Of a stretch of 64,000 nt of DNA, positions 51,923-64,000 are shown piece after piece (position 1 is the stretch's first letter; every line of letters begins with the position of its first letter). Made by a program: the position numbers and the translations under genes. Below the pieces are notes generated by a model. That model searched no databases. It was not told the origin of the DNA and was given only the letters and a program-made list of their open reading frames with translations. The DNA is from Octopus vulgaris (Eukaryota), in contig OX597817.1 of NCBI GenBank assembly GCA_951406725.2, positions 156,178,001-156,242,000 on the forward strand. The letters run 5' to 3'.

Positions 51923-52525
51923 TCTATGATAAACCAGTCTGAGAATAAAACGCCGATCCTTGAAATAAAAGTGGAATTGAGTACAAAATGTGACGACTTA
52001 ACTGAGACATTTTCGTGCTGGACATAGTCGATGGCTTTGTTAATGCCAAGGTAACCACATAACTTTCACCAAAGTTATCACAAATGAGAGACTACTTGCT
52101 TATGACAGACGTGAGTATGTCTCAAGCAAATAAGACTTCATGACCTCACTGGTGATCACTGACAAAGGATATATTGTTTTATAAGTGAAATTGATGCGAT
52201 ACCCGCTTTGACATCTACAGGTCAATGTACGCAGAAAACCGTAGTCAGAGCGGAAGCTGGTCTGGTTCGATTACTTGCAGGAGAGTGTTGTGTTCTGGAC
52301 CAAGACACTTTACTTCACGTTGCTCCAGTTAACTCTTGTGCCAAGCTGTATCGGCCCCTTTGCCTTTCCCTTGGATAACATCAGTGGTGTGGAGAGGGGA
52401 GGCTGGTATGCATGGGCGACCGCTGGCCTTCCACAAATAACCTTGCCCGGACTTGTGCCTCGGAGGGTAACTTTCTAGGTGCAATCCCATGGTCATTCAT
52501 GACAGAAGGAGGTCTCCTCCTCCTC

Positions 52526-52626
<101 letters not shown>

Positions 52627-52628
52627 TT

Positions 52629-53279
52629 CATCGTTTAACGTCCATTTTCCATGCTAGCATGGGTTGGACGGTTCAACTGGGGTCTGGGAAGCCAGGAGGC
52701 TGCGCCAGGCCCCAGTCTGATCTGGCAGTGTTTCTACAGCTGGATGCCCTTCCTAACGCCAACCACTCCGAGAGTGTAGTGGGTGCTTTTTATGTGCCAC
52801 CTGTACAGGTGCCAGGCGAGGCTGGCAAACGGCCACGATCGGTTGGTGCTTTTTACGTGCCACCGGCACGGGGTCCAGACGAGGCTGGCAACGGCCACAA
52901 TCGGATGATGCTTTTTACGTGCCACCGGCACGGAGGTCAGTCGGGGCGACGCTGGCAACGGCCACGTTCGGACGGTTCTCTTACGTTCCACCGGCACTGG
53001 TATCTCAGCTCCAATTTCCATTGATGTTGAAAGATTTCGATTTTCACTTGCCTCAACAGGTCTTCACAAGTAAGGTTTGTGTCACAAGAAGGAACGGTAT
53101 GCATAGGTGGGCTGGCTACGTCCCAGGTAGAGGCCACGGGTTATGGTCTCACTTGTCCTGCCGGGTCTTCCCACGCACAGCATACCTCCGAAGGTCTCGG
53201 TCTCTGGTCATTTCCTCGGTGAGACCTAAAGTTCGAAGGTCGTTCTTCACCACCTCGTCCCAGGTTTTCCTGGGTCTAC

Positions 53280-53280
<1 letters not shown>
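52629..53280 (-). mobile_element. 5'-truncated RTE LINE with tandem repeats in its 3' UTR
   Basis: Minus strand RPRKTWDEVVKNDLRTLGLTEEMTRDRDLRRYAV; 62-67-bp repeats at 52782-52998. Confidence 0.82.
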
Positions 53281-53311
<31 letters not shown>

Positions 53312-53470
53312 TAAGTAATAAAGTTGATGAGTTTATTGTCAGAGAGTTTTATTTATTAATTTATTTATTTTGTTTTTTGGGGTGGGGGTCTGATGCTTTT
53401 TACTATCATAATATAAAAACATTGCAAGTGAGATTTGCCATTCGTCTCGATCAACCAAATGAGGAGAGAG

Positions 53471-53547
<77 letters not shown>

Positions 53548-54276
53548 GAGAGAGAAGCAGAAAAGTTTAGAATAACTTTCCTTTCCACCATAGAAAACAT
53601 GATCAATACACGTATGTTCAGAACAATAGTAGACTAAAGCAGACGACATCTCTTTTAACACAAAAGACTTATTGTTCATGGAATGTAAGTAGATAAGACA
53701 GAATGGAGAAATGGATGCTATAACTACTACAACTAGTATTGTTGTTATTGTTATTAATGTTATTGCGCATATAAATTTGTTTATTCATTAAATATACAAT
53801 TATGCATATGCATATATTTATATATGTATGTATATGTGTATATACGTATATATGTGACTGCGTAACTGTTCATTTGTCATATCAGTTGCGTATTGTAATG
53901 ATTTAATTGTCTTCATGACAATTAAATGTATAATAATAATGAATACGTAGTGGAAGAGCCTAGAAAAAGCTGAAAAAGCTGTAGGCCCCCATTAAAATAA
54001 CGAACAAAAGTGTTCAATTCGTTTTCAGTTTTGAATTTATTTCAAGAAATGTCATATTTTTCATCGCACAACTGCAGCCTCGTCTCCGGCATAGTTCCAC
54101 TGCTGTAGAGTTTTAGCAATCAGGTCACCGTTGCTCGACCAAATTGTTAACAGCACATGAAATAAACTTAAATTCAAAGTAAATTTAACAGCTTTGTGTC
54201 TTAATAAAATGCCTCTTTCAAAGATCCAGATCAAATAACTTACTAGACATGTAACTCCGAATAATGATTTCTTCTT

Positions 54277-54307
<31 letters not shown>

Positions 54308-54507
54308 TTATTATTATTATTATTGTTGTTGTTGTTGTTGATAAGGGTTTCTAATTTAGGCAGGAGGCCAGCAATTTTGATGGAAGTTGCTTAGTCAATA
54401 CCATCAACCTTGATACTTAAAAATAAAGTACCAGTCAAGAAACTGAGGTCGATGGCATCGACTAACCTCCTGCCCTCAAAATCACTGAACTTGTGCCTAT
54501 AATAGAA

Positions 54508-54573
<66 letters not shown>

Positions 54574-54978
54574 GATTCAGACTCACGTTGAGTCTGAGCA
54601 GGCGTGGTCTCTGTGTGCAAGGCATGTTTTCTGTAACTCATCTCTTTAATGGAGCGGCAGTCCTGGGTCAAGAACAGACTAATATTTGCACCTGGTACCT
54701 GAAATATCGTCGGGCGTCCTTTTCCCCCTTTACGGTCGGGCAATGCAGCCGGTTAAAGTTCCACGTTAGCAATGAATAGAAAATTAACGATGAATGAGAG
54801 CGATGATGTACTTGGGGTAACTCTAGGCGTCGACGGAGAACGAACTAGCCGGTCTGTTTCATGGAACTTTGTGGTCAACAACCATTTTTTTTTTTCTAGT
54901 TTCAGCTCAGAGCTGCAGCCATGCTGATGCACAGTTTCCAAAAATCCTTGACCTGGTTGTGCCTTTGAGGAGCATTGC

Positions 54979-55281
54979 CTATTTCTTTATTACCCACAAG
55001 GGGCTAAACATAGAGGGGACAAACAAGGACAGACATAGGTATTAAGTCGATTACATCGACCCCAGTGCGTGACTGGTACTTAATTTATCGACCCCGAAAG
55101 GATGAAAGGCAAAGTCGACCTCGGCGGAATTTGAACTCAGAACGTAGCGACAGACGAAATAGCTATTTCCTTACTACCCACAAGGGGCTAAACACAGAGA
55201 GGACAAACAAGGACGGAATTTGAACTCACAACGTAACGACAGACGAAATACAGCTACGCATTTCGCCCGGCGTGCTAACGT
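54979..55281 (-). mobile_element. SINE family C with partial second body
   Basis: TSD TTTGAGGRGCATTRCC. Confidence 0.88.
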
Positions 55282-55329
55282 TTCTGCCAGCTCACCGCCT
55301 TTGAGGGGCATTACCAGTTCGAGATTAAC

Positions 55330-55625
55330 TCAACTGGCATGGCAGTACCGCCAAGTGAGACTGTCTGGGATACGCGTAAAGCAACGAAACTACTGCACAC
55401 TCTCATGCAATGTTCGAATGTTGCTGACTTTTGAAGCTATGTCAAACAGCCGTTGTCGCGTGTAACCAAGTCCATCTTGAGGGTCATTCCCCCACTCATC
55501 TCTGAGAAGACGGAGCTGGTGGTGTTGCTCTGTCTAGTAGCTATGGCGAAGGAGTTTGTATGATGGATGAATCTAAAAGGATTAAGGACAGACATCTCCC
55601 CCTTCGATCAGACCCTCATCGATAA
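55330..55625 (+). mobile_element. Tx1-like LINE C-terminal remnant
   Basis: SILRVIPP..LLCLVAMAKEFV*WMNLKGL aligns with SIVNIVVPP..IVLVAMTKECVWWAHLKDL at 21813-22067. Confidence 0.7.
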
Positions 55626-56246
55626 ATCGCATAGTAGCGGCATCACAAACGACATACTAGATTAATCTTCGACTATTCCTTTGACGTGATATATGAAAGG
55701 TACGTTATTTGTGCTAAGGAGTATTTGCTGAAACACAAGTGTCACAAATACAGTTCGACGGATCCGGATGGCAGGAGTGCAGCATGGACATAAAGTCACA
55801 TTTCGATCTCTAATGGACCGCAGATGGTGCATACTATCTGCACGCAGATGTATTCAGGTTTCTAGCAGTACTGTTCGCGAGACGTGATAGACTGGAATCA
55901 ATGGAATTTGATGCTTATAGGGTTTGATCTGGGCGAGAATTGATTGATACTTCTTGCAGATCAATTGAATGCATAGAGGTTTCTTTGTTGGTGCATGAGA
56001 AGCAGGGATAATACAGAGGAACAAAAGCTACTATAGCAGCGATAGGAAAATCCAGAGGGTGCCTACAGTACGTTGTCGAGTAGTTATTGGTGTGACAATG
56101 AGTGAAGATTTGCCTATCAATCACATGACTTAGTATTCTGGATTATATGTCGAATGTTTGAATGAACGTAGCAACTCCTTCGTCCCAGATATGTGAATAG
56201 TAGTCCTGTTCACGGAGTGTGTTAGGGTGTGTGAGAGCGTGCACGC

Positions 56247-56308
<62 letters not shown>

Positions 56309-56699
56309 ATACTTGTGTGTCATGCGCTGGTCAGTGTTAGTGAATACGATACCTGTTCTCCCATACAGTTTTCATGGACGTCTTCTGTCTAAAAAGAAAA
56401 TTAAATGATATGGGATTATATGGTGACGGTTGATTTAAATAGATGTGTTGAGTCTGTGGAGCAGTAATGTCTCGAATATGTGACAGCCTGAAGATTACAA
56501 TGCATACAAAATACAACATATAAGCCAATATAAGGATAGTAGTGGTGGTGGTGATGGGTGTGGTGGTGGTGGTAGTGGTGGTGGTGGTGGTGGTGATGGT
56601 GGTTGTGGTGGTGGCAGTCGTCGTAGGATGGGGGTGTGTGATTCTTGTAGTTATTTGCAAAGTAAATTTTAAAAGGAAACTTTAGTTGTCCAGCAAATA

Positions 56700-57111
56700 C
56701 TCTTTTACTCTTTTACTCTTTTACTTGTTTCAGTCATTTGACTGCGGCCATGCTGGAGCACCGCCTTTAATCGAGCAACTCGACCCCGGGACTTATTCTT
56801 TTTGTAAGCCCAGTACTTAATATCGGTCTCTTTTGCCGAACCGCTAAGTTACGGGGACGTAAACACACCAGCATCGGTTGTCAAGCAATGCTAGGGGGAC
56901 ATACACACTCACACAAACATACACACGCATATATATATACATATATACGACAGGCTTCTTTCAGTTTCCGTCTACCAAATCCACTCACAAGGCTTTGGTC
57001 GGCCCGAGGCTATAGTAGAAGACACTTGCCCAAGGTGCCACGCAGTGGGACTGAACCCGGAACCATGTGGCTGGTTAGCAAGCTACTTACCACACACCCA
57101 CTCCTGCGCCT
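56700..57111 (-). mobile_element. SINE family B
   Basis: Full, little-diverged copy. Confidence 0.92.
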
Positions 57112-57758
57112 GTAGAGATATATCTCAAACTGTTGATTTCTTTTTTGTTTTCACTTTTTCTTATCAACTTTCTGTATTGTCTTTCATGTAATTTTCATAG
57201 CAATCTCTTTCAAGTATTATTTTAATGATCAAGCACTGCTGTTTTACTGAAGCCTGAGCTTGCTCTAGTAATAGGCTGCATCGCAACAATGGGATTAATC
57301 TTTTAATTAAACATCCACTTATTTCTCTAACTTTATCTAGTTAATCCTCAGAGGTTTTTTTTCTTCTTTTAATTATAATATGTAAAAGATATTGCGAGTG
57401 AAAGGTGTGAAACGACTCGAGTAACCGATCTATCGGCAACAATCGAATCTTTTTAGTATCAGGAGTGGATTTCAAGTACACAAGAAGCTGTGGTTACGCA
57501 TCTGGGAATACATCCACTTGTTTTCAATAATAGAAATATTAAAATAACTAAGTCTCTCTAAAAGAGAACAGCGGCAGCGTTCCCGGAAAATAATAGTTAT
57601 CGCCATACTAATATGGCATTCTTATAAAAATAAGAAAAAAGCTGTCCGCTTATTAGCTCCATGAGGCCATCGCCTTAAGTTAGCTATTTGATACACAAAC
57701 TGTATCCATATAACCTTCGAACAAGGGAGGTCAGTCGCTCCACACTACTTGACCGGCA

Positions 57759-57800
57759 GCTACAGACGTGTTTCGGGGTATTGCCCCTTTTCAATGCAGC
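57759..57800 (-). ncRNA. Hammerhead ribozyme, U3-A8 core variant
   Basis: Reverse complement of 58008-58049 with one change in stem III (CACG). Confidence 0.72.
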
Positions 57801-58007
57801 GTAGCTTTTTTCTTATTTTTATAAGAATGCCATATTAGTATGGCGATAACTATTATTTTCCGGGAACGCTGCCGCTGTTCTCTTTTAGAGAGACTTAGTT
57901 ATTTTAATATTTCTATTATTGAAAACAAGTGGATGTATTCCACCGAAACTAGGTAAATAAAACCATCGAACAGAGATTGTCGGAAGCGACACCTACTGGC
58001 TGGCTAC

Positions 58008-58049
58008 GCTGCATTGAAAAGGGGCAATACCCCGAAACGCGTCTGTAGC
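58008..58049 (+). ncRNA. Hammerhead ribozyme, U3-A8 core variant
   Basis: Stem I GCTGCA/TGTAGC, core TTGAAAA, stem II GGGG-caata-CCCC, GAAA, palindromic stem III ACGCGT, GUC site (after 58043). Confidence 0.8.
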
Positions 58050-58275
58050 TGCCGGTCAAGTAGTGTGGAGCGACTGACCTCCCTTGTTCGAAGGTTATAT
58101 GGATACAGTTTGTGTATCAAATAGCTAACTTAAGGCGATGGCCTCATGGAGCTAATAAGCGGACAGCTTTTTTCTTATTTTTATAAGAATGCCATATTAG
58201 TATGGCGATAACTATTATTTTCCGGGAACGCTGCCGCTGTTCTCTTTTAGAGAGACTTAGTTATTTTAATATTTC

Positions 58276-58364
<89 letters not shown>

Positions 58365-58818
58365 CATAGTGATATATATAGGCATAGTGATGGAGAGTAT
58401 GGATAGAAATTTGGGAGTAGTGGGTAAAAGGTAGTAAATGGAAAGTAAAAGGATTAAAGTGGGGAGCAGAATTAGGAACAATCTGGCGGTAGAAAGCAAA
58501 GGGAAGAACTTAGTGAGAGGGAGGCAAGATGAGGGTGGAGAGTTATAAGAAAAACAAGAAATTGGAGACCAATGGAGGATATGGACAAAAAGAGTGCGAC
58601 AGGAAAACACAAGGAAGAAGAATGAGGGGGAGAAACGAAAGCGGTAAAGAACAGGGATAAATTAAGGGTTAAAAAAATGGATTTTAGAACATGGAGAATA
58701 GGACACAATAGAAAGAGCAAATAGAGGGGGAAAGAGAAGAGAGGAAGGACTGAGACGGAGAACGGTAAAGATAGAAAAATATGAAGAGAGATAGCTGGGA
58801 GTGAGACAGAAGAGATCA

Positions 58819-59052
58819 AAAGGGTGATGAGCTGGCAGAATCGTTAGCACGCCAGGCGAAATGCTTAGCGGTATTTTGTCTGCCGCTACGTTCTGAGTTC
58901 AAATTCCGCCAAGGTCGACTTTGCCTTTCATCCTTTCGGGGTCGATAAATTAAGTACCAGTTACGCACTGGGGTCAATGTAATCGACTTAATCCGTTTGT
59001 CTGTCCTTCTTTGACCCTTCTACATTTAGCCCCTTGTAGGCAATAAAGAAAT
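58819..59052 (+). mobile_element. SINE family C
   Basis: Full copy; TSD AGAAKAGATCAAAAG. Confidence 0.88.
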
Positions 59053-59922
59053 AAGAATAGATCAAAAGAAAAACAGAGGAAAGTAAGATGGGATATCGAG
59101 GAAGAATGAACAGATCCCCCTCCCTACAAAGACAGTAAAAAGTCAAATGAAGAATAAAGAAGAACATCGTAGTACTTGCTATCCATAAAGTTACACTGAC
59201 TTATAATATATTTGTGACCTAAATTATTAGGCTATACTCACTGCCATCTACAAAGATCACACTAACTTGTAATTCTCGAACCTTAAAGCCAAACAGATCT
59301 AATATAATATAATCATAATGACCTACAATATATATCATCTTACTGCTATTTGTACAGGCCAGACTCTACTTTTGCATCTGTCATTTATAAAGCCCTATTG
59401 ATATCTATATACATAATCACCAGTGGCGACTCGTAAATAATATTAGTGAGGGTACTACTTAATAAAATTTTTAGCCGTTTTAATATTGTGTAAAAGTAAA
59501 TAAACATATAAAAGGAAAATTTATACATAAACTAGATCGGTCGCGTTTTAGCCACTGCCGGGTAGTATGTTTAATTTGTTCACTAAACACCGCCACAAAT
59601 TCCCCCTTGTTTTTCAAAAATCCCTCTAAATCACAAAATAAGTGTTGGGGGAGAGATGTGCCCTATTTTTAAAATCCTGGCAGCAACACTGACGCTGGAA
59701 GCAGGATACTAAACTAATTCTACACTTTATCACATTGAAGAATATAAACACGTTTTTAAGCATAACACACGCGGAGTCAAAAGCAGAAAATAGCTTTCAC
59801 CGAAACACAAGAGTTGGCACTGTCGTTCACGCAGTGCTCTCTCCCCCTAACGTGAAGCTTCCTATCTCGAATATGTGACTTTTTATGCATATTTCTCATC
59901 GTCAACACGTTTGGTTCCTTCC

Positions 59923-59986
<64 letters not shown>

Positions 59987-60324
59987 CTGTGTTTGTGTCT
60001 GTGTTTGTGTCTGTGTTTGTGTCTGTGTGTGTGTCGCTGGAACTGTGAAGTGCACAGTTCTATACAAGGATTTTTGTATTTTCTTTTTATAAACTAGGGG
60101 ATGGCTATTCTCATTACGCTTAAGGATTATATAATGTACAAGTAAAAAGAAAGAATTAAAGAAAAAAGGACTCGTTATATTGAATGTTATCGATAATATC
60201 GAGTGGAAATAGGGGGTGCTGCAGTTGCGCATTTCTATACACGAGCCGACACTGATAATCACACTCACCTACAATGTGTGTATGTGTGTACCTATCTTCT
60301 GCAATATATATATATATATATCTT

Positions 60325-60523
60325 CTCTTATTCTTTTACTTGTTTCAGTCATTTGATTGCAGAAGAGTTTTAGTCGAACAAATCGATCCCAGGACTTATT
60401 TATTAAGCTAGTGCTTATTATATCGGTTTCATTAGCTGAACCACTAAATTACGGAAACGTAAATACACCAACACAGGTTATGAAGCGGTGATGGGAGAAC
60501 AAACACACGCACAACATACACAA

Positions 60524-60560
<37 letters not shown>

Positions 60561-60580
60561 TATAGATAAACATATACATA

Positions 60581-60655
<75 letters not shown>

Positions 60656-60813
60656 TTTATTTAAAGCAGCAGAAAATTGATGAACGGCAACGAGAAACTC
60701 AGAGTAACAGATTTTGTTGAATTTTCTGCTGCTTTAAATAAAGCATATTACTCTACCACTGGTATTTGAGTACTCTTTTTTTCCACCTTGTTTCACATTT
60801 ATGTGTTTACTCC

Positions 60814-60847
<34 letters not shown>

Positions 60848-61010
60848 CAACGGGTTTCTTTCAGTTTCCGTCTACCAAATCCAGTCACAAGGCTTTGGTC
60901 GGCTCCAGGCTACAGCAGAAGACACTTGCCCAAAGTGCCACGCAGTGGGACTTGACCTGGAACCATGTGATCGAGGAGCAAGCTTCTTACCACACAACTA
61001 CACCTGACAC
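60325..61010 (-). mobile_element. SINE family B (old) interrupted in its (TA)n
   Basis: Tail at 60325-60520, head at 60848-61010. Confidence 0.8.
60655..60815 (+). mobile_element. Short Penelope-like insertion with 24-bp inverted repeat and truncated hammerhead
   Basis: Perfect IR 60655-60678/60720-60743 enclosing TGATGA-acggcaacga-GAAA-ctcagag-TA; (TA)n on both sides. Confidence 0.65.
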
Positions 61011-61326
61011 GTATACATATGCAAACTGGTTTTCGCATACCTTAACATGTTTTAGTTAAATCAACAATCGCATGTATGAGATGAAAATAACATTTGATAC
61101 GAAAAGCATCAAGACACACAAAAGTATTTACGGCATTATTGTTAGCTAGTACATTTTACTGCACCGAAAATCTACAAAGATTTTTAAGAGTTTTAAGTAG
61201 TAAATATGGCAGAAAGTTCCATGTAAAGATAGAATTTAACGAACATCAAACATGCAGACATTTTTCACAGCACCCGTTGACCAGACTGTGTTCACGTGAA
61301 CGACATAAACTATATAAATATGGAAT

Positions 61327-61682
61327 GGAAGCACTCCGTCGGTTACGACGACGAGAGTTCCGGTTGATCCGAATCAACGGAACAGCCTGCTCGTGAAATT
61401 AACGTGTAAGTGGCTGAGCACTCCACAGACACGTGCACCCTTAACGTAGTTCTCGGGCATATTCAGTGTGACACAGACAGTGACAAGGCCGGCCCTTTGA
61501 AATACAGGTACAACAGACACAGGAAGAGTGAGAGAAAGTTGTGGTGAAAGAGTACAGCAGGGATCACCACCATCCCCTGCCGGAGCCTCGTGGAACTTTA
61601 GGTGTTTTCGCTCAATAAACACTCACAACGCCCGGTCTGGGAATCGAAACTGCGATCCTAACCACTGGGCCATTGCGCCTCC
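61327..61682 (-). mobile_element. SINE family A
   Basis: Full copy; TSD TATATAAATAT. Confidence 0.92.
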
Positions 61683-62009
61683 ACTTATATAAATATACTA
61701 CATCATATAATACGTCTCATGTTTCTTAAATGTGCCTTCAAACTACTGTTTCAAAGCATATTGGGAATCAAAAGACTAACGACCGATCACGAGCATCTCA
61801 TGAGCAGTGTTAGATAACTCACAGGTATCTACATATGGATCAAAGTCCTGCAACATAATTCCTCAGTTTTAAATAAAAAGAATGAGATAGTTTCAACTTC
61901 TTCCTTGAAATTTTCAAAGAGGTCTCCCGTGAGATATGAAAAACGACTGCTTACATACCCTAAAATCATTTTCTTACTTTCCAACCTACTGACAATATGT
62001 AAACATGCA

Positions 62010-62044
62010 TATATATATATAGACAGACAGACAGACAGAAAGAT

Positions 62045-62108
<64 letters not shown>

Positions 62109-62130
62109 GTAGGTAGGTAGGTAGGTAGGT

Positions 62131-62190
<60 letters not shown>

Positions 62191-62197
62191 GTAGATT

Positions 62198-62230
<33 letters not shown>

Positions 62231-62251
62231 GTAGATAGGTAGATAGATAGG

Positions 62252-62335
<84 letters not shown>
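62010..62335. repeat. (GATA)n microsatellite
   Basis: Direct array. Confidence 0.97.
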
Positions 62336-62945
62336 GCTATTTTGGAAACTATAAGCTTGCTCGAAGTTTCCAGAAAGCCATAAAATACATAATTTCTTTT
62401 GAAATTGCATTTTTCTGAAGCGTTTCATTCTTGAGGTAGCGTGAAATCAAGTATCACTGAATGTGCATTCTTTGGAGAGAACATCTTCGAAAATTATATA
62501 CTTTGTTAGACGTTTGTCTTCTCTTCTCCCTTGAGAGTTGCTCTCTATTGTGTCTTGTTATCTATTGTCATCTATTGTGTCTTGACACCGAAACGTGAAC
62601 ACGCGCTAGAAAGAGCTACATGCCAGCTGTACGTTAGAAAATACTCATTCACTTTCTTTTGATTTTCTATTTGTGATTTAATGTTATTGAAAATATGTTG
62701 AAAGAATAATGCCTATAGCAAATGCTTGAACAATCTTAACTATGAAATATAGTGGAAGGCATATTTTAACTATAATATTATTCTGTTATGGGAGGACGAC
62801 ATTGGTAGCACTCTAACAAATGTTCATACGGTGTATACATTCTTATGAAGGTTGGCAGCTACATAGAGAAATACTGCACGCTCAAATTTAATGGAAATTG
62901 TACGAGAGGTAAATCGAGGAAGATGGGGGCGAAGTCGTACAGACT

Positions 62946-63361
62946 GGGGATCTTTTCTGTTTAAACGGCAGTTTTTAAAAATAATTTCCACGTAACTAAA
63001 CACTTTTAAACTTCGTATACTGGTAGAATGTGTCTATAAAACATCTTTTTCTCTTGGCATTATTGAGAAAATTCTATACTTAATATTATATTTGTTGTTT
63101 TTTTTCTTCAATTTCTGCAATTTCAACCAATCAATGACGTCTATTGAGGTGAAAACATTCTGTGCCGTATGAATATGTCCCTCGTTTAAGAAACAGATTG
63201 GGTTTATTTACATTTCTGAAGAAAAAAACCCTTCCCACACCCCTAACCCTAATCCTAAAACAGATTGAAATACAATAAATCGATACTAGGATCATAATTA
63301 TGGGTGACAATTTCATATGACACCGCTAGAAAACTCTGCCGTTCAAACCGAAAAGATCCCC
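62946..63361. mobile_element. MITE, same family as 31383-31800
   Basis: GGGGATCTTTTC...GAAAAGATCCCC; 4-bp TSD GACT. Confidence 0.88.
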
Positions 63362-63597
63362 GACTGATCTCAAGATATTATTATACATCCCATGAAGATG
63401 ATAGAGGATTGTAACGATTGGGAATATGCATGACTGGTAAAAAGTTGATCACCCTGCGCAAGCATGTCGACATGTACGAAAGGGCAAAACAGTATCCAAA
63501 TTCGTAGCTCCAGTTCTCCGTCGCTACTGGATTTGTAGAGTATACTACACTTACTACTCAACGTTGCCCGGTAAAGTATTTACCGCAATGGTCCAGT

Positions 63598-63963
63598 AGA
63601 GGCGCAATGGCCCAGTGGTTAAGGCAACGGACTCGCGGTCATAGGATCGCGGTTTCGATTCCCAGACCGGGCGTTGTGAGTGTTTACTGAGCGAAAACAC
63701 CTAAAAGCTCCACGAGGCTCCGGCAGGGGATGGTGGTGGTCCCTGCTGTACTCTTTCACCACAACTTTCTCTCACTCTTACTTCCTGTTTCTGTTGTACC
63801 TGTATTTCAAAGGGCCGGCCTTGTCACTCTCTGTGTCACGCTGAATATCCCCGAGATCTACGTTAAGGGTACACATGTCTGTGGAGTGCTTAGCCACTTG
63901 CACGTTAATATCACGAGCAGGCTGTTCCGGAACCCTCGTCGTCGTAACCGACGGAGTGCTTCC
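63598..63963 (+). mobile_element. SINE family A
   Basis: Near-full copy with a small deletion in the 3' hairpin. Confidence 0.9.
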
Positions 63964-64000
63964 ACATTTACCAGAATTGTTTGCTAATTTGTAGAATGGG

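Larger units (their letters stand above)
57505..58280. mobile_element. Inverted plus partial-tandem Penelope-like element ending in (TA)n
   Basis: 57505-57805 is inverted relative to both 57803-57941 and 58003-58280; carries two hammerheads. Confidence 0.85.

Noticed and set aside
55740-56080. Gypsy gag-like FDGSGWQE..HFDL frame
   Set aside because: A single short motif with multiple stops and no LTR or pol support.

Overview
Eukaryotic, AT-rich, repeat-dominated DNA. The SINE families and extreme microsatellite load look like a coleoid cephalopod (Octopus-like) intron or intergenic region; this assignment is from recall and is not verified. I find no intact protein-coding gene. Nearly all ORFs in the track are microsatellite or SINE read-throughs. 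Contents: about 40 tRNA-headed SINE copies in at least 4 families, decayed LINE pieces (Tx1/L1-like RT, R4/Dong-type endonuclease, RTE, CR1/L2-like), a decayed Helitron helicase plus non-autonomous Helitrons, and mariner, pogo and hAT MITEs. The most interesting signal is a set of unrelated short Penelope-like (Naiad-type) elements, mostly next to (TA)n, that carry hammerhead ribozyme folds. These are a complete type I hammerhead at 2780-2830, an inverted pair at 25981-26241, and an inverted pair with a compensatory U3-A8 catalytic core at 57759-58049, plus degenerate ones. There is also a tRNA-headed, TSD-less SINE whose tail holds a hammerhead core (41034-41493). One SINE family shares its 3' tail with the Tx1-like LINE and repeatedly forms single-head, multi-body arrays with an identical junction.
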